From: a virus
Length of the DNA stretch: 64,000 nt
Reading direction: 5' to 3' (one strand)
Virus record (IMG/VR): IMGVR_UViG_3300020429_000529
Span: 262,762-326,761 of that record
Of the stretch, positions 62,951 to 64,000 are shown piece by piece. The first letter of the stretch is position 1. The number at the start of each line of letters is the position of its first letter. Made by a program: the position numbers and the translations under genes. The notes beneath the pieces are model-generated. The model saw only the letters and a list, made by a program, of their open reading frames with translations, was not told the DNA's origin and made no database searches.

Positions 62951-64000
62951 ATGGTCATGTATACCTGCGGCCCGACTGTTTATGACGATTCGCATATCGG
63001 CAATTTCCGCAGTTTTGTTATGGCTGATTCGCTCCGCAGATGGCTTGAATCGCCATTGCGTGTTGATAATCCTCCCAAAGTCCGACATGTCATGAACATT
63101 ACGGATATCGGTCATCTGACCGAAGATGATATCGACAGAATGACAATCGGTATTTCTCGGAGCGGAATGGCTTCTGTTGAACTGGTTGCCATTCATTACA
63201 CGAAGCGATTCATCGAAGATGCAAAGCTTTTGAATATCAAGGTGGCAAGCGAGGCAGATAACAATCCTCGTCTCATGCCTCGCGCATCCGATTATATTCA
63301 AGACATCATTGATGCAATCATGTCTATGATTGAAGTCTGCAAGGCTTATGTCACCGAGGACGGCGTGTTCTTCGACGTTTCAAGCTTTCCTCGACATGGA
63401 GAGGTTGCGGGAGATAGATTAAACGATCAACCAGGAATGGGCGGTCGTCTGACTTTTGAGCAGGCTGCCGGGAAAAGAAACCCCGAAGACTTTTTGCTTT
63501 GGAAGAAAGATTTCACGCATCTAATGACCTGGAAAAGCCCCTGGGGTAGAGGTTATCCTGGTTGGCATATTGAATGCTCGGTTATGGCCTCTGCAATGGG
63601 GCATGACGATATGACCGGCATCATTGATATCCATACCGGAGGCGAAGACAACGCCTTTCCTCATCATGAGGCAGAGAACGCTCAATCTTGCTCGATGTTC
63701 GGCAGAAACCCGCACAAGACCGTCTTCTCTCGCCACTGGTTCCATGTCGCTCATCTACAGATCAGCGACAAGAAGATGTCCAAGAGCGAAGGCACGTTCA
63801 TCCGCATCAAGGATCTGACGGAACTCGGCGTATCGGCTGCGGCGGTTCGCATGTTCCTTCTTTCCGCGCACTACAGAACAAACCTGCTCTACGATGGTAC
63901 AAGGTCAATCGCTCAGTACGAGCGCATGCTCGAAAAGTGGCGTCATATACCAGCGGCCCAAACAACGAGCGACGAGTTCAAGGAAGAGTTCGCAAGAGCC
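62951..64000 (+). CDS. cysS: cysteinyl-tRNA synthetase, 3' partial
   Basis: YTCGPTVYDDSHIGN (HIGH), KMSKS, WHIECS zinc motif; runs off the window end. Confidence 0.8.
   Translation, partial: MVMYTCGPTVYDDSHIGNFRSFVMADSLRRWLESPLRVDNPPKVRHVMNITDIGHLTEDDIDRMTIGISRSGMASVELVAIHYTKRFIEDAKLLNIKVASEADNNPRLMPRASDYIQDIIDAIMSMIEVCKAYVTEDGVFFDVSSFPRHGEVAGDRLNDQPGMGGRLTFEQAAGKRNPEDFLLWKKDFTHLMTWKSPWGRGYPGWHIECSVMASAMGHDDMTGIIDIHTGGEDNAFPHHEAENAQSCSMFGRNPHKTVFSRHWFHVAHLQISDKKMSKSEGTFIRIKDLTELGVSAAAVRMFLLSAHYRTNLLYDGTRSIAQYERMLEKWRHIPAAQTTSDEFKEEFARA

Overview
This 64 kb window is gene-dense and almost entirely coding, with about 50% GC. It looks like an accessory or virus-like region built on bacterial-type expression signals. 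There are sigma-70-like -35/-10 promoters, Shine-Dalgarno sites, rho-independent terminators, and tRNA-Pro genes with the bacterial C1-G72/A73 identity set. I cannot tell from sequence alone whether the replicon is a jumbo phage or megaphage, or a bacterial island.

Two compact minus-strand tRNA arrays are the main feature. The first (about 11.49-13.35 kb) holds ten tRNA or tRNA-like genes. These are two Asp(GTC), three CAT-anticodon tRNAs, Pro(TGG/GGG/CGG) and two tRNA-shaped RNAs of 106 and 128 nt with no anticodon arm. This array sits directly upstream of a ParB-like nuclease gene and a Ro60/TROVE (rsr) gene. The second array has five tRNA-Glu genes in 407 nt. It is fused, co-oriented, to a truncated GluRS (GluQRS-like) gene and a small Cys-rich protein gene.

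Other modules:
- An NAD salvage trio of NAMPT, a CinA-C-like gene and NMNAT.
- A GluR0-like ligand-gated K+ channel.
- Two PspA/IM30 paralogs, an NfeD-flotillin pair, two substrate-binding-protein (SBP)/OmpA-like fusions around a secreted vWA protein, and a NitT/TauT-type ABC transporter.
- A MoxR AAA+ ATPase paired with a VWA-metallopeptidase.
- A Dam-like methyltransferase next to a PD-(D/E)xK nuclease.
- A glycosylation/prolyl-hydroxylase cluster next to a Ser/Pro/Gly-repeat protein.
- A sigma-70 family factor.
- Housekeeping-like genes: peptide deformylase, UvdE, CoaD, partial CysRS, glutamine synthetase type II and a ferritin-like protein.
- A four-member protein family sharing an MNWYK N-terminus.

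I found no rRNA genes and no CRISPR array. All tRNA calls were made by hand folding and should be confirmed with tRNAscan-SE, ARAGORN or Infernal.
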